Shown: one piece after another, positions 26,748-41,192 of the stretch | Layout: each line of letters starts with the position of its first letter | Numbering within the stretch: position 1 is the first letter of the stretch | Assembly (NCBI GenBank): GCA_951406725.2 | Contig: OX597826.1 | Span: 77,810,001-77,874,000, forward strand | Length of the DNA: 64,000 nt | Direction of reading: 5' to 3' | Source: Octopus vulgaris | Taxonomy: Eukaryota | Position numbers and translations under genes: made by a program | The notes under the pieces: model-generated | Seen by the model: only the letters and a program-made list of their open reading frames with translations | Database searches by the model: none | Told to the model about the DNA's origin: nothing

Positions 26748-26857
26748 ATTATACACATTGCTTGATCTCCAATGTGTTATGAAGTTTAAAAGATTGTCAA
26801 CGACTGTTCAACTGTATTCCTAGTTGATTGTATTTCTGGCGATATATTAGACATGTA

Positions 26858-27073
26858 AGGCAGCGAGTTGGCAGAAACGTTAGCACGCCGGGGGAAATGA
26901 TTATCGGTATTTCGTCTGCCGCTACGTTCTGAGTTCAAATTCCGCCGAGGTCGACTTTCCCTTTCATCCTTTCGGGTTCGATATACTAAGTGCCAGTTGT
27001 GTACTGGGGTCGATCTAATCGCGTGGCCCCCTCCTCCAAAATTTCGGGCCTCGTACCTAGGACAGAAAGGATT
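26858..27073 (+). mobile_element. SINE family A, full length, short-tail variant
   Basis: GGCAGCGAGTTGGCAGAAACGTTAGCACGCC..AAAATTTCGGGCCTCGTACCTAG. Confidence 0.92.
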
Positions 27074-27084
27074 ATTCGTGTAGT

Positions 27085-27330
27085 GCTGTGGTTTCCACAT
27101 ATGGCCTTTTGTGGAGTGGGAGGGGGGGGGGTTCATAAAAGATTTTGCTGAAATGCACGTGCAATAAACTGGTTATATCTCTAGAATACAAGAAAAAGTT
27201 TTTTAACAATTTTTATGCAATTCCCAATAAAATTTAAGCATAAAAATATAATAGTTCTGAGACATCGAATGGCTATGAGGACCCGCTGAGCAAAATAGGA
27301 ACCATAGACAAAAAGCGGTTGAGAACTACT
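27085..27330. mobile_element. Possible hAT-type MITE remnant
   Basis: Right end GTTGAGAACTACTG (reverse complement CAGTAGTTCTCAAC), left end CTGTGGTTTCCACA; a similar end occurs near 50236. Confidence 0.35.
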
Positions 27331-28554
27331 GCTGTAGGATGCTATATAAGGGCCAACGTAAGACCTACCAACAGAAAATACAAAAAAAAGAAAAAAACGA
27401 GAATGGAACCTGAGAAAACTTACGGTCTATGTTGGTAGTAAATCATTATGTAAAATAGAGACATTTAGGTTTGTAACGTGAATTCTGATATTTGCAGCAA
27501 AACAATTTTTCGGATAGAGACAATTCGTGAAATGTTTATGGTATGAGCGAAAATCGGTTTCATTTCTGCCCATCGACGGCAACAACAACACTTCGTGGTA
27601 TAACTTCATGTTAATGACTTCGTACCTAATTCATTTAGTAAACAAAGTTCAAATTTTGTATTAAACCCCTGTCAAAAGCAACTGGGATCTTGTGAAAAAA
27701 ACGAATTAGCTGTTGACGAAATTTTAAATATCGTGTTCCAGTTTCGTCTCTGATCAATGAAAACCTGTCATCTAACGACATGATGGGTTTCTCTCTTCAA
27801 CGTTTTATAAGATGAATACGAAATCGCTATTAAGTTGGCAAATAGAGAGACAAATATATTTTACTCCCACGATTTCTTTGTGAAGTTTGTTTCCATCATT
27901 GCTCCGATCTTAAATGAAAAATTTCTTTTGATTCTTGCTGATCAAAAGAGCAAGTAGCAATGCAACAAGACCAACTGCAGAGAGAATAAATAGAAGAAAC
28001 GGTAAATATCGAACATTTTATGAATATACTTAAGCGACAAAAGTAATACCTCTGTCTATAACGACATTATGTTACACGCACACACACACACTCACAAGCA
28101 CACACACACACATGCACACACGCGCTCACACACTGTCATGTGTACATATATATACACACATATCAATGTTATATATACAAGCATAAGAACATTTATCTAT
28201 TTATACATATATGTAGGCATACGTATTATATTTCTATATATACGTATACCTACAGCCATACACACATACATGCTTCTTTCTGTCAATTTTGTAAACCGAG
28301 ATGATTTCATGAAAGCGTTTTCGGATTATTATTGTTGTTGTTGTTGTTGTTGTTGTTGTTTTCAAAGTTCTAGCAAGAAAAGGGTAGGGAAAGACATATT
28401 ACTAAAGAACATAAAGATTTCATTATTTATTTATATATTTATTTATTTATTTATTTATCTATTTATTTATTTATTTATTCTTTTATCTATTTATTTAGCT
28501 TTCAGCAAATCTTTTGCTAAGATCTTAGTCATCGATATTTTTTATTGAAAATAT

Positions 28555-28592
<38 letters not shown>

Positions 28593-28789
28593 CAACAACA
28601 ACAGTAATAAATAAGTAAATAAGTAAATAAATAAATAAAATAAATGTAAAAACAAGATCAAACACAATAAAAAAAAAAAGGAAACGAGACACCGTTGCCA
28701 AAAGCTTTAGATTCTCACTGCCACCTCGAATTACTTTCAACAGATATGAAAAAAAAACAGCCAAAGAAATAATATTACAATACGACCTG

Positions 28790-28829
<40 letters not shown>

Positions 28830-28841
28830 TTTTTATAAATG

Positions 28842-28875
<34 letters not shown>

Positions 28876-28898
28876 TATGTATATAAATATTTATATAA

Positions 28899-28947
<49 letters not shown>

Positions 28948-29595
28948 CATATTTTTGTGTCTATGTTTATGAATGTGTATGCGGGTGTGTAGGTATGCAG
29001 ACATTCATGAGAGTGTGTGTGTGTATGTCCATATTAAATGTATGTGTGTCAATGTCTGTGAAAGATGTTCATATCTTCCTAATCGATTGTGTCTATTTGC
29101 TTCGCTGTGATTTATTTTATTGTATTTTCCATCTGTTATAAACAAAAACACACACACACACACATATTTATATATATATATATATGCATTCATACATACA
29201 TAGGTATGCACACGCATACCTGCACATGCACACAAACATACAAACCTACAGACATACTGACATACATGCAACAGACTGCCAATCACAGCGCCATGCTGAA
29301 TTTCTTTAACGTGGCAACCATTTTAAATATTCCATCTATCAATGCTCTCTTTAACTTGCTGACTGGCAAATTTTATAGAGAATTAAACAAAAAAAAAATG
29401 AAGTTGAAATTTAAAAATACAGAATCGGTAACAAACTAAATAATACAAACAACTGAATAAATAAAATTTGCGAACGATTTAAGCAGAGTAAAAGAGTTTG
29501 ATACCTACGTCTATATGTAATATCAATATAAATAATACATATGTATAATATATGTCTGCATATATATATATATATATATATGTATAATATATGTC

Positions 29596-29660
<65 letters not shown>

Positions 29661-30583
29661 GTATATTACTTTCAAAACCAATCGATATTGAAATTCCTCC
29701 AGTACCCCAATTTTACCAACCTATCATTACATATTAAACGCGTTCCTTGTCTCTGCCTGCAGATCATTTATTTATATTTAACATGGTTTCGGTTAGCTTA
29801 CTTCTGTTGTCTCTTTATTACATTTTCTGATACTTTAATTATACCTCTCCATCAACTGCTTCCACTCTTATACAAATACACTCACACACATATGTAGATA
29901 TATTTATATGATGATGGATTCTCCCGTCGAAGACGATGTATGAACGTTCAGTTTTTACCGAACGACCTGCACAAGTGCTTTGTTGATAATGACCAAACGT
30001 TCGTGCCCTACATTTGCTCACTCGCTTCATCAAATCGTCGTTGCCTGAACAGGAACAGGTGAACGGTGCGCCACACGTCGGGTGTCGAAGTGATCGCGGA
30101 TCAACGTGGGATGAAGTGTTTTGCTCCAGAACAAAACGCCCCACTTGATCCAAGAATTGAAATACGCGTCTATGATCCAACATCCTTCAACCTCTTAGAT
30201 AACGGTTTGCGTTGGGTCGTGCCAAGTGCAACACTAACAACATCAACAACTTCCACCTTTGTGCTCTACAATCGTCCCTCTATCTAGGTCCTCGTATTCC
30301 TCAGTTCTCTCGGCTCCCTTAACATTCTCTGTTGAGTCGATGAAATGAAATACCAGTCAAGAACTGGAATGGATTTAATCAACTACCACCCACCCGCCCC
30401 TCTCCTGAACAGCGAGCCTTCAGCCTATCTTGGACACAATAATTACATGTGGTATCATAATAAAGGAATCAAGTGCTGAGTGTTACCCCGTGATGCATTT
30501 AACACATTTTTTTTAAGTGCAACGCAACAAACTTTCGGTCTTTGTGTGGCTTATGTAGCTTTGCAGCCAATAACACACGCGCG

Positions 30584-30641
<58 letters not shown>

Positions 30642-30836
30642 CAAACACACACACACACACGTGTGTTTGTGTGTGAGTGTGCAGTTCAATGTATGTATAT
30701 ACATATATGTGTCAAGGTGTATAAATACATATATATATATTTAAATCTTATATATATGATATATATATATATAAAATGCATATATGTAAATACATAAATA
30801 TATGTTTATGTGTATATATATATATATATATATATA

Positions 30837-31073
30837 CCGGAGTAAACACGTAAATGTGAAACAAGGTGGAAAAAAGAGTACTCAAATACCAGTGGTAGAG
30901 TAATATGCTTTATTTTAAGCAGCAGAAAATTCAACAAAATCTGTTACTCTGAGTTTCTCGTTGCCGTTCATCAGTTTTTGCTAGACAGTTTTTCTAGCAA
31001 AAACTGTCTGATGAACGGCAACGAGAAACTCAGAGTAACAGATTTTGTTGAATTTTCTGCTGCTTAAAATAAA

Positions 31074-31079
<6 letters not shown>
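30837..31079. mobile_element. Young asymmetric foldback mini-element inside (TA)n with a hammerhead motif
   Basis: Arms 30903-30985 / 30993-31079 nearly identical (one 4-nt indel); about 65 bp extra on the left; (TA)n on both sides. Confidence 0.85.
31004..31041 (+). ncRNA. Minimal type I hammerhead ribozyme motif with a GCAA-capped stem II
   Basis: CTGT-CTGATGA-A-CG-GCAA-CG-A-GAAAC-TCAGA-GTA-ACAG. Confidence 0.7.
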
Positions 31080-31149
<70 letters not shown>

Positions 31150-32134
31150 GTGTGTGTATGTCTGTGTGTATTTATAGTTTATAGTTGACAGTTCCGATAT
31201 AGGTAGGATCAATAAAAAAAGTACTCCATCCAGTGAGAGGTAAATACCATTAGACATACAAAATTTACAAAAAAGCTGATAGTTCAGTTCCATCCTTTAG
31301 AGATACATGGCATGCTATATAAATCTGTCAAATTATTATATCTACAAAGCATGAAACTATTAGGTTTTCTTTTTTTGCAAATTGAATATATTAAATAATA
31401 TTTATCTCACTGGATAGTGTACATTTTGCCGATCCTACCTGCAACGGTTACATACATAATATATACATACATACTTACATACATAATTACATACGTATGT
31501 ATGTGTATATGTGTGTGTGGATCTGTGTCAAAGAAAGACTATTTTGTTTACAATGCATGTATTTTTGAATAAATCATCAGAACTCACTTCTTTTAAACTC
31601 CACTCAGTTTGTGTATCATTTTGCTGATCTAACAACGAGAATCCTCCATTACTTCGACAACACCGATCTTGCGCTATTATTCTTTAGAATATATATTCTA
31701 ACATGCATATTTACGCGTTGGTGTTTATGTATACTCCCTGATATTGGTCTGAAGAAAAATATAATGAAAAAAAAAACATGTCGGCTGATTCTCCTACCTA
31801 TCGTCTGCTTTACACAAAAAGGAACGATTTCTGCTAAATAAATAGATAAATGTTAAAATGTCATGCGTGACCTGTGTGAATGCGATTGATATAAAGGCAG
31901 AAATGTTGTCTGTAAACTCAGAAAATGTTTCAATCGTAATTTTGTTAAAATTCTTTCATGTCCATCTTTCTCACGGCATGTGCAAACATACACACACACA
32001 CACACGAACACGTAAGCACAAATCATATACATGCATATCATCGCACACACATTCACACACACATACATAGGTATATATATATGCATATATATATATATAC
32101 ATATTATATATATATATATATGTATGTATGTATG

Positions 32135-32221
<87 letters not shown>

Positions 32222-32242
32222 ATATGTATGTATATATAAATA

Positions 32243-32545
32243 TTTTCAGAATGAGATAAAAATCCAAGGCTAGGAAAGAACATTTATAAATAGAAGGTCT
32301 TACAGCTGTTTCCGGGATATTTTATATATTCCTTCATCGGAAACGGCGTGAGAAAATGATTATGCAATAGTTATTCTAGATAAGATATGAAATAGAGAGT
32401 GAAGTGTAGGAATGAAAATAGACGTGAGATATGTAGGGATATTGTATCTGTAGATCCATTATTTAGGCGGAATGGTATACATATAAGATTCCAGTTCCTT
32501 GCATGTAAGTTCCAATAGTACTTAAATAGTATTTTAAATTGGTCA
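32243..32545 (-). mobile_element. Penelope-like element 3' remnant with a hammerhead motif (32297-32344)
   Basis: Minus strand GTTT-CCGATGA-AGGAATAT..ATATCCCG-GAAAC-AGCT-GTA-AGAC; upstream frame DQFKIL..LNNGSTDTISLHIS; microsatellites on both sides; inverted homolog at 34498-34735. Confidence 0.65.
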
Positions 32546-32591
32546 TATATATGTATATATATGCATGTGAGTATGTATATATGTATGTATG

Positions 32592-32660
<69 letters not shown>

Positions 32661-32687
32661 GTGTGTGTGTGTGTGTGTGTGTGTGTA

Positions 32688-32893
32688 GTTAATCCAAACA
32701 TGAAAACAAAGAGAAAACACAACAACGCGAGGACGTGGAACAAGTATAGTGTTATTGGACGCTCAGGAAAGGAAAGAAAGAAGGAGGATTTAACGTTTCG
32801 AGCGGAGCTCTTTGTCAGAAACATAGAAAAAGTAAAGATCCAAGGAAGGGAAGATGGAGAAAGAAAATCGCCAAAGATACACACGCGGTCACA
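32688..32893 (-). mobile_element. Short hammerhead-like element related to family H2
   Basis: Minus strand TTT-CTGACAA-AGAGCTCCGCTC-GAAAC-GTT-AAA..TTCCTGAGCG; lies between (TG)n and (CA)n. Confidence 0.65.
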
Positions 32894-32895
32894 TG

Positions 32896-32925
<30 letters not shown>

Positions 32926-32926
<1 letters not shown>

Positions 32927-33168
32927 TCAGTTTTTTTTTTAAAACCCTGTAAAAGGACTGGAACGTTGGACCTCAAGCCAGGCCTCAATAGTCAAGATAA
33001 AACTCCGAGTTTCAGATGCTTTAGGTAAAAGGAAATACAGGAGGATCAGTTAATTATGATTTTATTCGACATATTCCCCTCTCAGATTCACACACTTACG
33101 GCAGTGATCTTTCAGTTTTTTTTTAAACCCTGTAAAAGGACTGGAACGTTGGACCTCAAGCCAGGCCT
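32926..33168 (-). mobile_element. Partial tandem repeat (about 60-bp direct repeats) with a hammerhead 3' half
   Basis: TTCAGTTTTTTTTT..CTCAAGCCAGGCCT at 32926-32985 and 33111-33168; minus strand CATCTGAAACTCGGAGTTTTAT matches the 13271-13535 family. Confidence 0.6.
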
Positions 33169-33541
33169 TTCACCATACTCTTAAGGCCAGGAACTTTTCA
33201 GTGCCCCCTCATATGTATACATGTATGTATGTATGTATGTATGTATGTATGTATGTATTTAGATATAACGCTATTCTTGCTGATATGAATAAAGATTGCA
33301 AAATACGCAGAAAAATACCGATGACTGCTTTGGTCTGACATTTACAGGTGACTTGATTTCGTGTCCATCAGACAGCTTTCGACTATTTCGATTCAAGCAG
33401 TTTTTTTTCAACCTAATATCTTCACTCTATTATTTATAGCTTTATATGATTCGAGATTCCCCTTTCCCCAAAGAATTATTTCAAGTTTTCAAAGTTTCTA
33501 AATTTTTATGTACATGCGTGTATGTTTGTGTGAATATACAG

Positions 33542-33595
<54 letters not shown>

Positions 33596-34084
33596 TCTTA
33601 CATATACATGTGTGTTTATATGTATGCATGCTTAATCACCACCATCCCAAATAATAACAGCACCATTACAACCATAGCCACCACAATCACAAAAGCATAA
33701 TGCATATCAATCAGTCAGTCCATCGATCAATCGATTAATGGATCAATATATTATGTATCAAACGAATGTGTGATAAATAGAGATAATTATCTGAGTAATC
33801 ATAATGAACCTTTTACGTCATTGATTGTTTTAAATAGATATAATTAATTGATTTTTTTCTCTCGTAACCACACAACCCATCATAAAAAATACATTTATCA
33901 ACGATTCGTTCTCCGTGACCTCTGCCCCCCAAATGAAATCTCAATTCAAACTATCGTAGCCTCTCCCTGAAGCTCGTGCATTAATTATAAGCTTGTAATA
34001 ATAGGAAGCTGTTTCAGTTATTTAGTTCCAGAAATACAGAATTAGAAAATACAGTTGGAGTTGCACTCACACCTACACATGAAC

Positions 34085-34400
<316 letters not shown>

Positions 34401-34456
34401 ATTTCTTCTCTGTTTTACGTATATATATACATATATATATACATATATACATATAT

Positions 34457-34497
<41 letters not shown>

Positions 34498-34500
<3 letters not shown>

Positions 34501-34735
34501 CTGCTTAAATAATGGATCTACAGATGCAATATCTCTGTATATCTCAAGTCTATTTTCATTCCTACACTTCACTCTCTATTTCATATCTTATCTAGAATAA
34601 CTATTGCTTAACCATTTTCTCACACTGTCTCCGATTAAGGGATATATAAAATATCTCGAAACAGCTGTAAGACCTTCTATTTACAAATGTTATAAAATCT
34701 TTCACAGCCTTGGATTTTTATCTCATTCTGAAATT
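34498..34735 (+). mobile_element. Second copy of the Penelope-like 3' remnant with a decayed hammerhead motif (34627-34673)
   Basis: GTCT-CCGATTA-AGGGATAT..ATATCTC-GAAAC-AGCT-GTA-AGAC; reverse complement of 32243-32473. Confidence 0.7.
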
Positions 34736-34775
34736 TTTTTTAAATACATACATGCATAATATATATATATATAAC

Positions 34776-35180
34776 GGCACAGGAGTGGCTGTGTGGTAAG
34801 TAGCTTGCTAACCAGCCACATGGTTCCGGGTTCAGTCCCACTGCGTGGCATCTTGGGCAAGTGTCTTCTGCTATAGCCCCGGGCTGACCAATGCCTTGTG
34901 AGTGGATTTGGTAGACGGAAACTGAAAGAAACCCGTCGTATATATGTATATATATATGTATGTGTGTGTGTGTTTGTGTGCCTGTGTTTGTCCCCTAGCA
35001 TTGCTTGACAACCGATGCTGGTGTGTTTACGTCCCCGTCACTTAGCGGTTCGGCAAAAGAGACCGATAGAATAAGTACTGGGCTTACAAAGAATAAGTCC
35101 CGGGGTCGATTTGCTCGACTAAAGGCGGTACTCCAGCATGGCCGCAGTCAAATGACTGAAACAAGTAAAAGAGTAAAAGA
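34776..35180 (+). mobile_element. SINE family B, full length, young
   Basis: A box TGGCTGTGTGG, B box GGTTCAGTCCC, CORE-like TTGGGCAAGTGTCTT, tail stem-loop CAGTC-AAAT-GACTG, two GTAAAAGA units at the end. Confidence 0.95.
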
Positions 35181-35187
35181 GTTAAAG

Positions 35188-35230
<43 letters not shown>

Positions 35231-35629
35231 AGCGCGTGCAAGCCTCCGCACACACACACATACGCATGTATGTATGCATATATGTGTGTATATATGGAGC
35301 AAGACTAGGATATATAAGGAACTAGAAACGCTTTAACAATAGCAGAGATTGGAAAATTGTATTATTTTCGCAAATAGACACATTTCGGTAAGAAAGAGAG
35401 AGTAAAGGAGAGAGAGAGAGAGAGAGGGAGAGAGGAGAGGGAGAGAGAAGGGGAGGGAGAGAGAATGGTATGGAAGGTTTCCAAGTGTTTATTGAAGCAA
35501 ATATTCCGTCCGTTTGTCTGGCACCCGATGTGAGCAAGAGAGAAACCATCGAATAAACAACAGAATATAGAAGCACACAGTTTAAATCCGTAAATGGATA
35601 CAAAAATACACACACACATGCATACATAT

Positions 35630-36170
35630 ATGTGTGTTTGTTAGTCAGTGTGTGTGCGTATGTGTGTGTCTGTGCATGCGTGTATGTGTTTGTGTGTGTG
35701 TATGTGTGTGTGTGTGTGCGTGAGTGCGTGTGTGTATGTGTACGTGTGTGTGTGTTTGTGTTTGTGTGTGTGTGTTTGTGTGTGTGTGTTTGTGTGTGTG
35801 TCTGTGCATGCGTGTGTGTTTGTGTTTGTGTGTATGTGTTTGCTTTTGTGTGTGTGTGTGTGTATGTGTGTGCATGTGTGTGTGTGTATGAGTGTGTGTG
35901 TATGTGTTTGTGTGTGTATGCGTGTGTGTGTATGTGTGTGTGTGTATGTGTGTGTGCGTGTGTGTATGTGTACGTGTGCGTATGTGTGTGAGTTTGTGTT
36001 TGTGTGTGTGAGTTTGTGTTTGTGTGTGTGTGTTTGTGTTTGTGTGTGTGTGTTTGTGTTTGTGTGCATGTTTGCTTTTATGTGTTTGTGTGTGTGTGTT
36101 TATGTGTGTGCATGTATGTGTGTGTGTGTATACGCGTGTGTGTGTATGTGTGTGTGTGTGTGTGTGTGTA
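35630..36170. repeat. Long degenerate (TG)n tract
   Basis: About 540 bp of TG with TTTG/TATG/TGCG variants. Confidence 0.97.
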
Positions 36171-37032
36171 TTTCCGGAGTCGATGAAAATAAATAGAAAT
36201 CAAACACCGCCATGAATCGAATCGGCCGCGCCCCTCGTTGTGCTAATGTTTATGAAGCGCTGGTTTTGGTTTTGGTATTGGCATAAATCAATAAACAGGT
36301 GAACAAATCTCCCTCAACAGACAAAAACCTTCTTTAGACATAAAAAGTCACTTCAAATAATGTAGTCCGGTGTATACTGTGTCTAGAGGAAAAGTCGAGA
36401 TCGTCACGGTCGTAACGCCATTGATAAGTGTTCTGCTTGAGAAAGGTCGGCTTGAAATTAAACCACAGCAACAACAACAACACCTACAACAACCATCACC
36501 AGAACAACACAATAACAATCATTATTCCAAACTTAATACTCTAACCCGTACGACTTAAGAATACATTTTCTGGAATTAATACGGGTGCTCCAGCATAGCC
36601 ACTACCCAGTCACTGAAACCAATAAAAGACTAAAAGAGCAAAAGGAAATTATTGATGGAATATGTCCGTTTCTAATATCGGTCTAATTGAAAAAATCACT
36701 CAAGGGTGAATTTCATATTTCACTCCTAATGATACGTATTTAATTTCTTAAGTGGTTCTTCTCTGCTTCTCAACTACTTTAATTGCATAACAGTGAAGAA
36801 GCTACAGCATCCGAGGAAACTCTGCAATGGTTTGCATCGGCAAATAGTAAGTACCAAAAATTGGCAGAGTGCAATGAAGAATTTTGCCATGAGGAAGGAG
36901 TGGCAAGAGTCTCACATTTGGGTCAGAACCCTTTCGTCGATGGATGGACCAAGGAACGGTCGCTAATAGGGTTGGTTGGCAGTAATGTGTGTATGTGTGT
37001 GTGTGTGTGTGTAAAAGAGAGAGATAGATAGC

Positions 37033-37102
<70 letters not shown>

Positions 37103-37137
37103 GTAATAATAATAATAATAATAATAGTAATAATTAG

Positions 37138-37540
37138 TGCGACCATGAGATAGAGAATAGGAAGCCAGACATAGTCTTAATTGAGAAAGAAAGCAAACTA
37201 TGCTGGATCATAGATATAGCATGCCCAGCTAACAACAAGGTATATGATAAGGAAGAAAGAAAAGTCGATAGATATGACAGGTTAGCTTGGGAGGTTAACC
37301 AGTTGCGGTCGATGAATAAGGTGGTAGTATTACCAATAATTGTCGGAGCCCTGGGAACAGTGAGCAAACATTTTGAGAAGTAAAGGGAACAAATAGGGGT
37401 TGCAATAAGGGTGGAGCACTTGCAGAAAACATCACTGCTTGGAACTGCTGCAATACCCCGGAAGGTGCTCGAAAAATAAGAGGTGTTTCCTTAGTTCACT
37501 GGTAGTGAACAGCTGAACCATAGTACATCTCTAGCGTACA
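37138..37540 (+). mobile_element. R4/Dong-type non-LTR retrotransposon 3' end (restriction-like endonuclease and 3'UTR), 5'-truncated
   Basis: Manual translation CDHEIENRKPDIVLIEKESKLCWIIDIACP..KVDRYDRLAWEV..VVVLPIIVGALG..LQKTSLLGTAAIPRKVLEK* (stop 37477-37479, one internal stop); starts directly after (TAA)n. Confidence 0.9.
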
Positions 37541-39150
37541 ATGGTTTCGCCATTGTAGTAGTTAATATAACCACCGTACAATTCCGAGATTGGCCTGTCG
37601 GGTTGAGCAAAGATCTTAGCCTCAATCCACGAAGAAATTAGTATATTTAGAGTCAACTGTATTACCCATAGCCTCACCAGTGGATTGCTCATATAATTCA
37701 ACAGAGGAAAAGCATATAAAAACAAAGACGAGTTCAGATAAATAGAAACGAGTAGTGGTCCTTGTCTTCAGTAAAGGACGGGTTCTAAAAACTGTGGAAG
37801 GACTCGCCGTGGTGAGAGACGACCGAATATATGGAAAATAGGAGTTGTGAGGGTCCAAGAGAGAAAGAAAGAATTGAGAAGGCCAAGAACATGGTTTTTA
37901 ATACGGGACCTACAAACAGCATCAGATGGCATGTGTTTATTAACTGGACAAGGGTTAAATAGAAATCTAGAGGCCAGGGACGATAAGGGTATCCTGAATG
38001 ATTGAGTCTGCGCAGCTTGAGCAGTAAATAAGTAGATGTTGGAAGTATGTTTTAATGGGATTAGTCTGCGATGAGAGGGAGCTGTACAAGAGGTAAGATT
38101 CCTAATGGCTCATGGGAAATGTTTGGTTTTTGACATATACGGGAGATCTTAGCTAGCTTAAGGTAAATGTTGTTATCGTGCTAATTAATTGTATAAACAT
38201 TTAGTTCTATTTAATTGTCGAGTGACACCTACATCTTTTGTTTTTTTCAACAATAACTTCCACGAAATTTACAATTCTCGAGTGAGCAGTTAAGAAAACA
38301 TTTCACTGACACTGTCTATGAGCTTGTACGTGAAACTGTGTGTGTGTCTGCGTATGTGTGCGATACGTTGGAAAGAGTATGGCGTTTTGTGTAAATGTGT
38401 GAGTCCATGAGTGAGTGTGTGAGTTTGTGAAGGTGAACGTGTGAGTGTTTTTCATCTGTGTGTGTGTGTCTGTCTGTGTGTGTGCCTGTGTGCCTGTGTG
38501 TGTGTGTGTGTGTGTGTGTAACCCAAATTGTCTATTGTAAGTGATAATGAGAAAACGTAGAGTGATTGAGAAAGAAACGAGGAGAGAATTAAAGAAAATG
38601 AAAGGGAGGGGAAAGAAAGAAAGAAAGAAAGAAAGAATGAGACAGTGAGCTAAATGAGATATACAGATAAAATGAGTGTGTATGAGAGAGAGAGAGAGAG
38701 AGAGAGAAAAATAAAGAAAGAAGGCGGGAGGGAGAGAGAGAAAGAGAGTTAATTAAAAACGAAACTTGAAACACTTAAATGTGTTGGACACAGGAAATGT
38801 TCCATACTTTCAATTTCCAATTACCAAGAGAAAATTAATGGAAATATTACCATTGTCGCCAGAGACTGCTGGTGATATCTTTTGGATATCATGTTATTTA
38901 TTATGTGTTTGTATCTACTCAGCTGTGTGTTTGTATAGTAATAGCCATGGGAATACGAAATAGAAGATATCATATTAAATATATACTTACACGTATCTCT
39001 ATATCTATAAATACATGCATGTATATATCTATAAATATACGTATGTATACATATGTATACACAGACACACACAGACACACACACACACACATATATACAT
39101 ATATATATATGTATATATATATGTATATATATATATATATGTATATATAA

Positions 39151-39197
<47 letters not shown>

Positions 39198-39654
39198 TAC
39201 ACACACACATACACACACACATATATATATATATATACATATATATATATTTCTCTCTTCGGTCTCACTGTTTACATAGACGTATTCCTGTACTAATAAA
39301 GTGTCTTGCTCAAGAACACAACCCACAGCCCGGTAGCAAGTGTGTTGATTTGAGATCACGTGCTGAAACTAAAGCAGCTGTAGCGTGGAAGACACAATTT
39401 AGCCATTCAGAAATACACAAGATCGTTAACATCACTTCCAATATGGTGACAACATTTTTTTGCTGCCCGAAATTGAAACCCGTTAACCGATAACAAGATT
39501 GTGCAGCACACATACTTGTCAGGTCTTAGTATGAAGGAACGATAATTTAAGCACGAAATTGCATATAAATTGAAGTTAACGGTTTTAGTGTGTTTCTGAA
39601 TGGTTAAATTCTGTCTTCCACGCTGTAATTGGTGCACACACACACACACAAACA

Positions 39655-40083
<429 letters not shown>

Positions 40084-40088
40084 AGGTG

Positions 40089-40136
<48 letters not shown>

Positions 40137-40289
40137 CGTGTGTGTGTGTGTGTGCGTGTGTGTGTGTGTGTGTGAGTTATCTATTGAAAAGATTAGTATT
40201 GACAGTAACTTCGTAGTTTCGGTCTACTAAACCATTATAACTTAAAGCAAGCATTAATGCGTATATATATATACATACATACATACATG

Positions 40290-40391
<102 letters not shown>

Positions 40392-40603
40392 TGTATGTAT
40401 GTATGTATGTATGTATGTATGTATGTGTGTGTGTAAGTGTGTATGTATGTACGTATGTTAAAACCAGAGTACTAATGCGTTATAATTATGAATAAATATA
40501 TGTATTGGGAAATTATATATGAGAATCATTTTAATGGAGATATACATCGTCTGGTTGTGAAAATAGATTCACTGGATAAATCACAAGGTTCTCAAGATAT
40601 TAA

Positions 40604-41192
40604 AGCGGCGAGCTGGCAGAAACGTTAGCACGCCGGGCGAAATGCTTAATGGTATTTCGTCTGTCTTTACGTTCTGAATTCAAATTCCGCCGAGGTCGAC
40701 TTAGCCTTTCATCCTTTCGGGGTCGATAAATTAAGTACCAGTTACGCACTGGGGTCGATGTAATCGACTTAATACCTATGTCTGTCCTTGTTTGTCCGCT
40801 CTGTGTTTAGCCCCTTGTGGGTAATAAAGAAATAGAAATAGGTATTTCGTCTGTCTTTACGTTCTGAGTTCAAATTCCGCCGAGGTCGACTTAGCCTTTC
40901 ATCCTTTCGGGGTCGATTAAATAAGTACCAGTTACGCACTGGGGTCGATATAATCGACTTAATCCGTTTGCCTGTCCTTGTTTGTCTCCTCTGTGTTTAG
41001 CCCCTTGTAGGTAGTAAAGAAATAGGTATTTCGTCTGTCTTTACGTTCTGAGTTCAAATTTCGCCGAGGTCGACTTTGATTTTCAACCTTTCCGGGTCGA
41101 TAAATTAAGTACCAGTTGCGTACTGGGGTCGATCTAATCGACTGGCCCCCTCCCCAAAAATTTCGGACCTTGTGCCTAGAGTAGAAAAGAAT
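40604..41192 (+). mobile_element. SINE family A head-to-tail trimer
   Basis: A full unit followed by two units restarting at GGTATTTCGTCTG (40841, 41025); the last unit has the short tail. Confidence 0.95.
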
